46,533 nt of DNA from Granulicella sp. (GCA_027339965.1 DAHWNL010000031.1:1-46533); one strand, 5' to 3'. Positions 18,609 through 29,195 are shown, numbered from the stretch's first letter. Notes: generated by a model not told the origin, from the sequence alone. Numbers and translations: made by a program.

Positions 18609-19279
18609 CTCCCGGACGGAGGGCTTTGCGCCCCGGAAGGATGCCGTTCAGGGCTCCTGTTAGCGCTCCGGGCAGCAGATGCACGCCCGAACGCTCTCCC
18701 GTGCCTCTGCTGCATGAACGCATCACCTTGTGCGCGGCCGCCGCGAACGTGCAGAGAGGCGGATCAAAGCATCCCGCTTGAAGGTTCGTCCTGCGCCCGA
18801 TTCGTTTTCGTTGCACGGATATTTTCTCACGCGATCCAGAGAGCCTTGTCCTGTCCGGTGCACTGCCGCTCTGTGGGCGGGGTACGACGCCATCCACACA
18901 CATGCCCTGTTTTTTCCGTGGTCCAATCGCCTGGCTCGTTGATCCACCAGCCGGATTGCGGGTTGCCTGTTGCCTTGAAGGGGTTGACGGCGAGGCCCAG
19001 AAAGACCTTTTCCTCGGGAAGGAGAACGATCTTGCGCTCCATTACTGAGACCCACGGCGGGCTCAACCCTTCCAGCGCTACGTTAAGCACTGGGTTTCCG
19101 TTTTTGAGGCGAGCCGGTGGCGTTACTCCATTGGGCGGGCGCTGTCCCGCCATGATCCGCGCGGGAGTGGTAGTTGCTGAGCTACTATCGACAAGTCCAC
19201 GGTTTTGCGCCGGGCAAAGATGCAGGCGCCAATGATGCAGGCGCCGGGGCAGAGTAGTTCCGTTCACGGAGGTTTTGCG

Positions 19280-19705
19280 ATGGGATCAGGATCCAGGAAT
19301 GGTGCGGCGGGGAGCCTCAGCACAGATGCGGGGCTGCTGTTCCTGCGCGTGGTGGCGGGGACCAGCCTGCTGCTGAAGCATGGGTTGGAGAAGCCCGAGC
19401 ACTTCTCCGCCATGGCGCAGCACTTTCCCAATCCTCTGCACATCGGGCCGGTGGCCAGCCTGCTGTTTGCGCTGGTCTCTGACTTCATCTGCAGCGCGCT
19501 GATCGTGATGGGGCTGTGGACGCGCTGGGCGGCCGCAGTAGCCTTCTTCAACATCTTTGTGGCCTGGGCGTTTGTGCATCACTTTCTGTTTTTCGGTCGG
19601 GGCGCTGACCATGGAGAGTTGATCGTGCTCTACCTGGCCGCCTTCGGGTGCCTGGTGCTGAGCGGCGCCGGACGCTACAGCATGGATGCGATGCGGCGCG
19701 GTTAA
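19280..19705 (+). CDS. DoxX-family membrane protein
   Basis: GLLFLRVVAG..HGLEK, GLWTRWAA and GAGRYSMD motifs; GGAGG RBS before ATG 19280. Confidence 0.88.
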   Translation: MGSGSRNGAAGSLSTDAGLLFLRVVAGTSLLLKHGLEKPEHFSAMAQHFPNPLHIGPVASLLFALVSDFICSALIVMGLWTRWAAAVAFFNIFVAWAFVHHFLFFGRGADHGELIVLYLAAFGCLVLSGAGRYSMDAMRRG

Positions 19706-19863
19706 CCCGGGGGCCGGGGAGCCGCGATTCGGGGGCGAAGACTGCGTCGTGCAGGCGAGAGCCAGCCGCGGGCCAGGCGCGGGCCGAGCATAGCCGCAAA
19801 CAGACGGGGCGGCTGCTCCTGATGCAGCCGCCGCCGTCTTCCTGCTTGGGTTTGCCACGCGCT

Positions 19864-21735
19864 TCAGATGGAGTGCGAGAGGACGCGGTTGAGCCGCTGC
19901 ACAAAGGACGCGGGGTCGGACAGAGGAACTCCCTCCAGCAGCAGCGCCTGATCAAAGAGCATGGAGGCGGCGTCCTGGGTGAGGCTGTCCTCGCTGCGGG
20001 CCAGCAGCTTCTGCACGATCTCGTGGTGAGGGTTGATCTCGAGCGTGGGCCGGGGAGCGGGGATATCCTTCTGGCCCATGGCGCGCAGCATCTGCTGCAT
20101 CTGCAGCGAAGGCTCCTCTTCGTCAAAGACGATGCAGGACGGGCTGTCAGCCAGGCGCGCCGAAGGGCGAATATCCTTGACGCGGTCGCCGAGCGCTGTT
20201 TTGAGGCGCTCCAGCAAGGGCTTCAGCCGCTCCGTCTCTTCGGCCTCCGAGGCGTTCTCCTCCTTGAGGTCGTCGCCGGTGGAGGCCTTGTTGACCGCCT
20301 TGAGGTCGATGCCGTCGTACTTGTCTACCCCGGAGAAGACAATCTCGTCCACTTCGTCGTCCAGGATCAAGACCTCGATCTCCTTCTTTTTGTAAATCTC
20401 CAGCAAGGGCGAGTTGCGCAGCAGGGCCTCGACTCCGCCGGTGATGTAGTAGATGCCCTTCTGCCCGGCGGCCATGCGGGTTTTCACCTCGGCCAGGCTG
20501 GTGAGCCCCTCCACTTTGGTGCTCTTGAAGCGAATCAGGTCCAGCAGGGCCTCACGGTTGGCGTAGTCGCTGTAGAGACCCTCCTTGAGCAGGCGGTTGT
20601 ACTGCGCGACAAACTCCAGGTACTTCTCCGGCTGGTTGGCGGCGATGGACTTCAGCTCCGAGAGAATCTTCTTGACGCTGGCGGCGCGGATGCTGGCGAG
20701 CACGCGATTCTGCTGCAGAATCTCCCGGCTGACGTTGAGGGGAAGGTCCTCGCTGTCAATGATGCCGCGCACAAAGCGCAGGTACTGGGGCAACAGCTCG
20801 CGAGCATCATCCATGATGAAGACGCGCTTAACGTAAAGCTTGACCCCGACCTTGTAGTCCGAGTGGAACAGATCCAGCGGCGCTTTGGCGGGAATGTAGA
20901 AGAGCGTGGTGTAGTCCAGATTGCCTTCAGCCCGAGTGTGGAACCAGAAGAGCGGGTCCTGGAAGTCGCCGGAGATGGACTTGTACATCTCCTTGTAGTC
21001 ATCGTCGCTGAGTTCCGATTTGGGCCGCCGCCAGAGGGCGCTGGCCGCGTTCACCTGCTCGGTGGTGCGCACGGTGGTGGACTTCTTCTCCTCGGCGTTC
21101 CACTCGCTCTTGTCATAGGTGAGAAAGATGGGGAAGGCGATGTGGTTGGAGTACTTCTTGACCAGATCGCGCAAACGCCATCCGTTGGCGTACTCTTTGC
21201 CCTCTTCGTTGAGGTGCAGAAGGATGGTGGCGCCGCAGGTGTCGCGCTCGCCGGGTTCGATCTCAAAGCCGGTCTTGCCGTCGCTGGACCAGCGCCAGGC
21301 CTGCTCTTCGCCGGCCTTGCGCGCGGTGACCTCGATGCGGTCGGCGACCATGAACGCGCTGTAAAAGCCCACCCCGAACTGGCCGATCAGATTGGAGTCC
21401 TTTTTGGCGTCGCCGGAGAGCTGGGCGAGGAAGTTTTTGGTGCCGGAGCGGGCGATGGTGCCCAGGTTCTCGATAAGGTCGTACTCGTTCATGCCGATGC
21501 CGGTGTCGGCGAAGGTGAGCGTGCCTTTGGCCTCGTCAATCTCAATGTCGATGCGGGGCTGGAAGGGAAAGTCCTTGAAGGCTTCCTCGGTGAGGGTGAG
21601 ATGGCGGAGCTTATCCAAGGCGTCGGAAGCGTTGGAGATCAGCTCGCGCAGAAAGATCTCCGGATGCGAGTAGAGCGAGTGGACGATGAGGTGCAATAGC
21701 TGGCTGACTTCTGTCTGGAACTCTCGTTTGGACAT
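19864..21735 (-). CDS. htpG: Molecular chaperone HtpG (Hsp90)
   Basis: SLYSHPEIFLRELISNASDALDK, NLGTIARSGT, IGQFGVGFYSAF, LPLNVSREILQ. Confidence 0.97.
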   Translation of the reverse strand: MSKREFQTEVSQLLHLIVHSLYSHPEIFLRELISNASDALDKLRHLTLTEEAFKDFPFQPRIDIEIDEAKGTLTFADTGIGMNEYDLIENLGTIARSGTKNFLAQLSGDAKKDSNLIGQFGVGFYSAFMVADRIEVTARKAGEEQAWRWSSDGKTGFEIEPGERDTCGATILLHLNEEGKEYANGWRLRDLVKKYSNHIAFPIFLTYDKSEWNAEEKKSTTVRTTEQVNAASALWRRPKSELSDDDYKEMYKSISGDFQDPLFWFHTRAEGNLDYTTLFYIPAKAPLDLFHSDYKVGVKLYVKRVFIMDDARELLPQYLRFVRGIIDSEDLPLNVSREILQQNRVLASIRAASVKKILSELKSIAANQPEKYLEFVAQYNRLLKEGLYSDYANREALLDLIRFKSTKVEGLTSLAEVKTRMAAGQKGIYYITGGVEALLRNSPLLEIYKKKEIEVLILDDEVDEIVFSGVDKYDGIDLKAVNKASTGDDLKEENASEAEETERLKPLLERLKTALGDRVKDIRPSARLADSPSCIVFDEEEPSLQMQQMLRAMGQKDIPAPRPTLEINPHHEIVQKLLARSEDSLTQDAASMLFDQALLLEGVPLSDPASFVQRLNRVLSHSI

Positions 21736-22077
21736 GCTTCCATTATAAAAAGTCTGTCCAGCGGGACGGAATTGTCCGGCTGCGCGCGCCATGGCCACGG
21801 GTGGTTGGGACGGCGTGGACGGGACAGGCGCTTCGGACCCTGCTCTAGAACGCTACATCCTCCCCGGGCCCGCATCGCGCGATGCCTCCGGCGCAGAAGA
21901 TGGCTTCAATCGTTCATGGAGCGCTGATTTGCGCTTTGCCGGAGGAAGTGAATCCGGGCTAAAATCCATCGGCGGCGAAACGTGGACCAGAGGCCGGATT
22001 CATCAAAAAAGCCTTGTGGACGATAAGAGCAAGAAGAAGTCCATCTGCGCACGGCGGCACGCGCCGCGGTAGACCAG

Positions 22078-23754
22078 ATGCTGGGAGAACGGATGCAGGA
22101 AGCAAGGCGACGCGTCGGCGCGGTCCTGACGGTGACTTTGATTGCAACGCTGGCGGGGGGCGGGGCGGGGTATCTACTGGCCCGGCGCATGGTGATTCAC
22201 ATCGCCGAGGGCCGATTGGCCGTCATCGCGGCGAGCAATCTGACTGAGGCGGACAGACAGGCGCAGAACGCTCGCCAGGCGCTGGCCGCGATGAACGCCT
22301 CTCCTGACCCCTACTGTTCCGATGCTGAGATCACCCGGTTTCGCCGGATTTTAGCGGCATGGGGATATCCCCGCGAGGGCGGCCGGATTACGGATGGACG
22401 TGTGGATTGCTCTACGATTCTGGGCCGGCGCGGCCTACCCGGGCTGCGGCTCCAGCCCCGCTACTCCGCGCCGGGCGGTCTGGTGGCGTACTGGAATCCG
22501 GCTCCGTTGCGCCTGGATAACCAGAACATCCTGGTGCTTCAGCAGGGCAGATCCTTTGTAGTGGCGCCGGCGCGCATCGAGAGCCAGACGCTGCCAGCCA
22601 GCGCCCGCCTGCGGCTGACGCTGCTGGACTCCGCCGGGCAGCCGGTGAACCCGCTGCGCCAGAGCGACAGGTTGCTGGCAACCCGGAGCGGCTCCGGGCT
22701 CAAGGCCGGAAAGCTTTATGGCACGCGCTGCTCGGTTCAGTTGCTGGAGTGTGTCACGGCGGAGTTGTCGGCCCGCAGCGCCTTTGAGATGGGCAGGTCC
22801 GTCTTCATCGTCTGCTCCGCGTTGATGGCGCTGAGCGGCGGGCTGCTGGGATTCTTTGTCGCCCTGCTTGGTTTTCGCGGCGGGACGCGCGAGTTTTACC
22901 TGCGCAGAGCGATCCGCCGAGATCTGCTGTTTCTGGCCTACCAGCCGATTGTGAGTCTGGCGGATGGGAGCATCGTGGCCGCTGAAGCGTTGGCCCGGTG
23001 GACGGATCGGAGTGGCCGGCGGGTGCCTCCGGATCTGTTTGTGCCGCTGGCGGAGAAGGAAGGGTTCGTGGGTGAGATCACGCGGCTTGCCCTGCGCCAC
23101 GTGGTGCGGGATCTGGGCAGCCTGCTGCGCGCCGACCCCAACTTCACCGTGAGCTTGAATGTGACGGCCGCGGACCTGGCCGATGCGGCGTTTGTGCCCA
23201 TGCTGGAGACCACGCTGGCACGGGCCGGGATACCGGCCGCGAGCGTGATGCTGGAGATCACCGAGACCTCCATCGCGGACCATGCCAGAACCGTGGAGTC
23301 TGTGCATCGGCTGCGCGCCTGCGGGCACCAGGTGTTCATCGATGACTTCGGAACCGGGTACTCCAGCCTGGCCTACCTGCGCGATCTCTCCGTGGATGGG
23401 ATCAAGATCGACAAGATCTTCACCCAGGCGGTGGGGACCGGCTCGCTGACGGTGAATCTTCTGCCCCAGATCCTGGCCATTACCGACGTCCTGGGTCTGA
23501 AGGTTGTGGTGGAGGGGATTGAGACCGAGGAGCAGGCGCAGTACTTCAGCTTCCGGGACAAGCGCATGCGGGCTCAAGGTTGGCTCTACGGCAAGCCGGC
23601 GCCTTTGGAGGAGTTTCTGGGAATGCTGGCCAAGAGCAAGGCGAGCGGTAGACGCGCCGGCGTGCAGCAGCGGACAAGAGCGGCCGGATGGGAGGGTAAG
23701 ATCTCATCCGGAGCAAGCCGCGATGAGAGGATGGAGTCTCCGGCGCGGCGCTGA
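22078..23754 (+). CDS. Membrane c-di-GMP phosphodiesterase (periplasmic CSS-like domain + EAL)
   Basis: Two TM segments flank a region with DPYCS and VDCST. EAL domain motifs YQPIV, AEALARW, DDFGTGYSSL and EGIET. Confidence 0.88.
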   Translation: MLGERMQEARRRVGAVLTVTLIATLAGGGAGYLLARRMVIHIAEGRLAVIAASNLTEADRQAQNARQALAAMNASPDPYCSDAEITRFRRILAAWGYPREGGRITDGRVDCSTILGRRGLPGLRLQPRYSAPGGLVAYWNPAPLRLDNQNILVLQQGRSFVVAPARIESQTLPASARLRLTLLDSAGQPVNPLRQSDRLLATRSGSGLKAGKLYGTRCSVQLLECVTAELSARSAFEMGRSVFIVCSALMALSGGLLGFFVALLGFRGGTREFYLRRAIRRDLLFLAYQPIVSLADGSIVAAEALARWTDRSGRRVPPDLFVPLAEKEGFVGEITRLALRHVVRDLGSLLRADPNFTVSLNVTAADLADAAFVPMLETTLARAGIPAASVMLEITETSIADHARTVESVHRLRACGHQVFIDDFGTGYSSLAYLRDLSVDGIKIDKIFTQAVGTGSLTVNLLPQILAITDVLGLKVVVEGIETEEQAQYFSFRDKRMRAQGWLYGKPAPLEEFLGMLAKSKASGRRAGVQQRTRAAGWEGKISSGASRDERMESPARR

Positions 23755-23958
23755 ACGAGCACGGATGGGGAGCCAAGGACATTGGCTCTGCGTGCGAAGC
23801 GTGGAGTTTATAGCATTTTCAGTGTTGATGGGTACACCGGACGGGGCGTGCAGTGGCGTTTTCATTGGGGAAAACGCCCATCGAGGTCGAGGCGTCGCGT
23901 TACACCTGCACTGAAAACGCTTTAGCGCAGGAGGCGCGCACGGCGCTCTGCTCCGCAT

Positions 23959-25140
23959 TCAGATCCGCATCGGCATGAGGATATAGCGGTAGCGATACTC
24001 CTCGCTGCCATCCTCGGGGCGCATCTGTCCCGCCGACTGAGCGTCTTTGAACTCCATGCGCACCTCACCCTGGACACCGATGGCACGAAGAAACTCCACC
24101 AGATAGGAACTGTTGAAACCCACCACGAGTGGGTCGTAGTTATACGGAGTCTCAATGATGTCTTCGCTCTCGCCGGAGTCCGTGGACTGTGCGCTGAGCT
24201 TCAGCTCATTCTGTTCCAAGCGGATCTTGATGGCCCCGGAGCGCTCGTCGGCGAACTGGGCGACGCGCTGGATGCTGGCCATCAGATCCTCGCTGCGCAC
24301 GATGACAAACTTGTTGTTGTCGCGGGGTAGAACCGCTTCATAGTTCGGGAACTGGCCGGTCAGCTTGCGGCTGGTGAGGACGCGGTGATCCACCCGGAAG
24401 AACAGGGTTTGATCATCATCGGCGAACTCCAGCGTGGTGGCTTCAGAGCCAGTCAGCAGGCCGGATAGCTCTCCGAGGGCCTTGCGCGGAAGCAGCGTCC
24501 GCTTCTCTCCGGAGATTCCCTCCAGCGCTTCGCCAAATCGCTCGATGTGGGCCAGGCGATGGCCATCCGTGGCGACCATGGCCATGGACTCTCCCTTGAG
24601 CACCAGCAGAGCGCCATTCAGGGTATAGCGCGACTCCTCGTTGGAGATGGCGAAGATGGTTTTGGAGATCATGTTGGCCAGTACCGGCGCGGAGACCTTG
24701 ACGCCGCCGGCGGCGGGGAACTCAGGGACCACAGGGTAATTGGCCCGCGCCATGCCCACCATCTTGGTGTTGGAGCGTCCAGAGCGAATCTGAACCCAGT
24801 GATTATCCATCAGCTTGAGGGTAATGTCGCCATCGGAGAGAAGCTTGACGTAGTCGAAGAACCTGCGCGCCGGGATCGTGCAGGCCCCGGGCTTTTTCAC
24901 CCGAGCGGCGCAGGAGGTGCGGAGGGACAAATTCAGGTCAGTCGCTGTAATCATCAGCCGGCCGGCACCCAGCTCGTCCACTGTGGCTTCAAAGAGAAAG
25001 TTGGAGACGATGGGGATGGTGGTCTTGCGTTCCACCACCGACTGCGCGGCGGTGAGTTCGCGCAGCAGCTCAGCGCGGGAGACGGTGATCTCAAGGTTAC
25101 CCGTAGGCACAGTTTCCGGGGTGACGGCGGCGGTAGACAC
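23959..25140 (-). CDS. dnaN: DNA polymerase III beta clamp
   Basis: KTTIPIVSN, ESRYTLNG, ATDGHRL, GQFPNYE and a C-terminal YILMPMRI. Confidence 0.97.
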   Translation of the reverse strand: MSTAAVTPETVPTGNLEITVSRAELLRELTAAQSVVERKTTIPIVSNFLFEATVDELGAGRLMITATDLNLSLRTSCAARVKKPGACTIPARRFFDYVKLLSDGDITLKLMDNHWVQIRSGRSNTKMVGMARANYPVVPEFPAAGGVKVSAPVLANMISKTIFAISNEESRYTLNGALLVLKGESMAMVATDGHRLAHIERFGEALEGISGEKRTLLPRKALGELSGLLTGSEATTLEFADDDQTLFFRVDHRVLTSRKLTGQFPNYEAVLPRDNNKFVIVRSEDLMASIQRVAQFADERSGAIKIRLEQNELKLSAQSTDSGESEDIIETPYNYDPLVVGFNSSYLVEFLRAIGVQGEVRMEFKDAQSAGQMRPEDGSEEYRYRYILMPMRI

Positions 25141-25984
25141 GATGGCGAATCTCCCTTGCTCGTGCTCGACCAGGGCGATCAGGGCGACGTCGGACAGGGT
25201 CCGTCTCCCTCCCGCAGGTTTCCTGGGAGCAACACCCTGATTCTAGGTTGTCCACGGGGTTTCGCGCGAGAGCCACAGCCTGTGAATTTCCAGGTTGCTG
25301 TTGTGGTCTTTGAGCCGCCCGCTCACGCAGGCCGGAGCGAGCCTGTGGAGGCACGGTTTTACGGCGGAGGGAGAGTGCTTCTACAAACAGATTAAAAGAA
25401 TAGATATTTCTCGCAGTAACCGTCGTTGGGGGTGGAAGAGTGGATAAGTACGCCAAAACCGCATGAAGACTGGCTGGGATGAGGGTACAAGGTTTCTAAA
25501 ACCGGTTCCAAAGAGGAAGTGGAGTTTGGAAAGCGGGATCAGGGAAGGAGATTTCGAGCGGGTTTTCCCATCTACCCACAGATGGCTGGCTGTGGGGGTG
25601 AGCGAAAGGCGGGATTTGTGTGGGGAGTCAGCGCAAAACCGCATAATGACTGGATTGGGCTCAGCGGCAGTTTTCGACAGGATAGGGACAGGCATGAGGA
25701 AATGCCGGTTCTGATGGGTTGGAAAGGGGGCTGGGTGGCGGCCAGGGATGGCTGCGGTGCAGGCGTCGTCAGAGATGGGAGAGCGGAGGTTTCCGCAACG
25801 GAAGAAACCAGCTTGGCGCTGACGGAAGGCCGGGGAGATTGGTCTTGGTTTTGGCGGGGAAGCGCCTGACTGAGTCGGGACGGCGCCCAGCGGGGAGGAA
25901 GACAAGGGAGGCGGCGGACCTGATCCTGACGGGAAAGGCCCGCCGCGCTGGTTCGCAGATGCGGTATTGCCCCGAGGGCGGCCT
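25141..25984. other. Probable chromosomal origin of replication (oriC)
   Basis: Long intergenic region upstream of dnaN. The minus strand at 25447-25380 reads TTATCCACT-CTTCCACC-CCC-AAC GAC GGT TAC TGC-GAGAAATATCTATTCTTTTAA: tandem DnaA boxes, GC spacer, degenerate DnaA-trios and an AT-rich tract. Further box-like 9-mers at 25248, 25281, 25572 and 25671. Confidence 0.75.
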
Positions 25985-26554
25985 TCAACAGTAGCCGGAG
26001 GGAGAGCGGCGCCGCGGGCGGTTAGGGCTGCCAAAGCGGTCATGCGGACGTTCGGCCGGGATGCGATAGCCGGCCGGATAGAGCACGACGAAGCGGCGGG
26101 GGCCCTCACCGGAGCTTGCGGTCTGCAGTCCCGAGTCTTGCAGGAAGAGATGCAGCATGCGGCGCTCGCGCGAGTTCATGGGCGCAAAGCGATAGGGTTC
26201 GCCGGTCTCTTCCACCCGCTCGATGGCCTCTTCGGCAGCCTCGCTCAGAGCCCTGGCTCGGGATGCTTTGTAGCCGTTGGCGTCAAAGGAGACGCGATCG
26301 TGGTCCTCGGGCTCCAGGCGCAACATCTTGGCGGCCACATGCTCCAGCGAGCGGAGAAGCTCGCCGTCGTTCTGCAGCATGAGGTCGGCGTCCGGTCCCT
26401 TGCACTCGACGTAGATATCGCGGCGCTCGAATCCGTCCGGGTCCATGGCCCCGGCTCCAGCAGTAATACGGTACTTCAGCCGAAGGCCACCGGTGGTGGT
26501 CATCAGCCGCATCAGGGTAGCTACCTTTTCTGCAGCTCGTGCTAGATCATCCAT
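25985..26554 (-). CDS. jag: Jag/KhpB (EloR) RNA-binding protein, KH + R3H, without the N-terminal Jag domain
   Basis: GELLRSLEH KH-like segment, PMNSRERRMLH R3H motif, SSGEGPRRFVV; located after yidC. Confidence 0.88.
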   Translation of the reverse strand: MDDLARAAEKVATLMRLMTTTGGLRLKYRITAGAGAMDPDGFERRDIYVECKGPDADLMLQNDGELLRSLEHVAAKMLRLEPEDHDRVSFDANGYKASRARALSEAAEEAIERVEETGEPYRFAPMNSRERRMLHLFLQDSGLQTASSGEGPRRFVVLYPAGYRIPAERPHDRFGSPNRPRRRSPSGYC

Positions 26555-26789
26555 GACAACCTCAGATCCTCATCATCAAAGTTAGGTCCTCAATCAAGGG
26601 AATGCTGGTCGAGAGACAGACCGGAGAGAAAAAGAGATGCAAAGACAGCAGAATCGATCCAACTCGTTTCAAGGCGTTGTGAAGAGGATCTTCCAATAGT
26701 GGGTCTATGGCGTCCTCCCCTTGGGTTTCTGAACAGCTTGCATCCGATCCAAAAGACAGGCGGAGGGGATGCGTGGATTTCGATGCCGG

Positions 26790-28610
26790 CTAGCGGCGGC
26801 CCTGGATGGTTTTTACGCCCGGTTTGGGTGCAGCCGCCTTGCGTCGGGCGCGTTTGGCGGCGATCTCGCGCATCTCTCGTCCCATAGAGGTCTGGTTCAT
26901 CACCAGTTGCGTGACGATCATCACGATGTTTCCGACGTTCCAGTAGAGGGCCAGGCCGGAGCTGTAGTTCCAGGTGAGGTAGCCGGAGAAGGCGGGCATG
27001 ATAAAGGCCATCATCTTCTGCTGCTGCGGATCGACTCCGGGCGAAGGGGTGTAGAACTGCGCCAGGAAGGAGGTGGCAACCATCAGGATGGGAAGGATGT
27101 GATAAGGGTCAGCCGCGGCGAGATCCGGGAGCCAGAAGAAGTGCGCCTGGCGCAACTCGACCACCTTGGTCATCATGGTGAAGAAAGCGAAGAGCAAGGG
27201 GAGCTGAATCAGGGAGGGGATGCAGCCGCCCAGCATGCTGACGCCGTTGGCCTTCTGCATGGCCATGATCTCGGCGTTCATCTCACCGGCCTTGGGGTCC
27301 GTCGGCTTGGGATTCTTGTACTTGGCCTTGATGGCGTCGATCTGAGGCTGGATGCGCTGCATCTTCAGTGCGGACTTCATGCCCTGCACGCGCAGCGGCA
27401 GCAAAACTGTGTAAATGAGCAGGGTGAAGAGGACAATGGCCCAGCCCCAGGAGTAGTTGTTGGGCGTGGCGTGGCGCGGAGCGATCCAGGAGTGCACCAT
27501 GCGCAGTCCCAGGAAGAGGTACTTCCCGATGGGGCCGAAGAAACCGAAGTCCAGCAGCGGTTCCAGATTACCGCCGTCGGCGGTGTGGACGTTCTTGAGG
27601 ATGTTGATGGCCTTGGGGCCGACGAAGAGGCTGGTCTGATCGTGCCCGGTGATGGATCCCAGCGCAGCTCCCAGCACGGGCAACTGCTTAGCGGAGACGG
27701 TGGGTTCCCCGGCCAGAAGGCTTGGCCTGACGACGGAGATGTCCACCATGTGATCGAAGCCGACCAGGGTCGCGTCATCCGGGTGGTCAGGCAGGAAGAC
27801 AGCTCCGAAGTACTGGTCGCTCATCCCGGCAAAGCTGAACGGGCCGTTGAGGGTGTTGCCGTTGGAGATCTTTTTGAAGGCGAGGTGCTGGACCTTTCCG
27901 TTGGAGTCACTGTCGATCTGCGCTCCAGCGTAGCCGATCGGAGTGTCCGTATCCCCCAGCCCGGCCGGCCAGGCCAGCAGAGCGCGCACAGGCACGCCGT
28001 CGCGCAGAACCTCTGTGTCGGCGTGGATCACGTAGGTGTCGCCAAAGGTGAAGGTCTTGGTGACAGAGAGATTGCCCAGCGCGTACTTGAAGGTGAGCGT
28101 GGCGGGTGCCTCCAGCTTGCCACTGGCCGAGGCCACGTAGAGTGCGCCGGCCAGTTGCTGGTTCAGGCCGTCGTCGTAGGTGTAGAGAGAGAGAGGAAAG
28201 CCGAAACGGCGGGCTGCTCCCTGGTGGACGATGTCCAGCGGATGCCCGGCGTCGTCCTTATATTGCTTCAGGATCCAGGAGGTAACCTGACCGCCTTGAT
28301 TGGAGAAGGTGATCCGATAGAGCTCATTTTCCACCACGGTGCTGGTGACCTGCGAGGCGGCGATTTGGGTGGCGGCAACGGTGGAACCGGCGACGGCTTT
28401 GCCAGGGGAGGCGGGAGTAGCGGCCCTGGTGGCTTGGGCAGCGGGAGCCGTGGTCGGCGGCGAGGAAGGGTGCTGGGGGACGACGGGAGGGTTGCGCTGC
28501 GCGCGCCAGTACTGCAGGCCGAAGATGACGCCGAGCATGACGATCATCATGACCAGGAAGGCACGATTATCCTGGCTTCCTCCCTGATTTGGATTCCGAA
28601 TCTCTGGCAA
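26790..28610 (-). CDS. yidC: Membrane protein insertase YidC
   Basis: N-terminal TM, large periplasmic domain, WGWAIVLFT, GGCIPSLIQLP, WLPDLAAADP, SGLALYW. Confidence 0.96.
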   Translation of the reverse strand: MPEIRNPNQGGSQDNRAFLVMMIVMLGVIFGLQYWRAQRNPPVVPQHPSSPPTTAPAAQATRAATPASPGKAVAGSTVAATQIAASQVTSTVVENELYRITFSNQGGQVTSWILKQYKDDAGHPLDIVHQGAARRFGFPLSLYTYDDGLNQQLAGALYVASASGKLEAPATLTFKYALGNLSVTKTFTFGDTYVIHADTEVLRDGVPVRALLAWPAGLGDTDTPIGYAGAQIDSDSNGKVQHLAFKKISNGNTLNGPFSFAGMSDQYFGAVFLPDHPDDATLVGFDHMVDISVVRPSLLAGEPTVSAKQLPVLGAALGSITGHDQTSLFVGPKAINILKNVHTADGGNLEPLLDFGFFGPIGKYLFLGLRMVHSWIAPRHATPNNYSWGWAIVLFTLLIYTVLLPLRVQGMKSALKMQRIQPQIDAIKAKYKNPKPTDPKAGEMNAEIMAMQKANGVSMLGGCIPSLIQLPLLFAFFTMMTKVVELRQAHFFWLPDLAAADPYHILPILMVATSFLAQFYTPSPGVDPQQQKMMAFIMPAFSGYLTWNYSSGLALYWNVGNIVMIVTQLVMNQTSMGREMREIAAKRARRKAAAPKPGVKTIQGRR

Positions 28611-28946
28611 AAGAACTCCTGCTCTTTCTTCAATGGCCGGTCTGCACGCACGGCTGGCTTTCTTCCAATGGTAAATGGTGTGAGCGGCGGTTGGGCCGCG
28701 AAGTGAGCTACGCGCGGAGTTAATGGGGAGTCTTCTGCCGCGCGCATCGAAGGATTGGCGGCTGGTTCCGGTTGAGGGTCCGGTGCCGGCTCCGGGAATG
28801 GCTGGGTGCGCATTTCCCCGGAGAGAAGCTGAGCGAGTCGCCTGCGGACACTGCGGCTGGTTTGCGAAGGCGTTCCGGCATCTGGCGCCCGGCGGCAGCG
28901 GCTGGAGGAGATCGTCTCGCCCATTTTTCCCAACGGACCGGTCTTT

Positions 28947-29195
28947 TCAAGGGACGGGGTCGTGACCGCCGCGGGCGAAGGGGTGACAACGCGCCAGACG
29001 CCGCAGGGCCAGCCAAAGGCCGCGCCGCCATCCGTGGCGGCAGACAGCGACGTAGGCATACTCGCTACAGGTGGGAAGGTACTTGCATTGGGCGGGGAGG
29101 ACAAGGTTCCACCCCGGTGAGAGGACGTGCTTGTACAAGCGGAAAAGAGCGTAGGCGATGCGTTCACGGCGCGCGCCCGCAGGAGGGTCTGTCAT
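28947..29195 (-). CDS. yidD: Membrane protein insertion efficiency factor YidD
   Basis: [27 protein letters not shown]. Confidence 0.93.
   Translation of the reverse strand: MTDPPAGARRERIAYALFRLYKHVLSPGWNLVLPAQCKYLPTCSEYAYVAVCRHGWRRGLWLALRRLARCHPFARGGHDPVP

Noticed and set aside
19040..19100. CTGAGA..ACCC, a TPP-riboswitch-like fragment
   Set aside because: It lacks the AACCTGA and downstream conserved elements, and no thiamine gene follows.
19648..21699. 683-aa plus-strand ORF, and similar long antisense ORFs such as 26769-28706, 30772-32412 and 16723-17847
   Set aside because: Antisense shadows of htpG, yidC, dnaA and ilvA, expected in high-GC DNA; no recognisable motifs.
19864..21735. 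Possible horizontal origin of htpG
   Set aside because: Codon usage looks host-like; the claim needs a phylogeny that cannot be run here.
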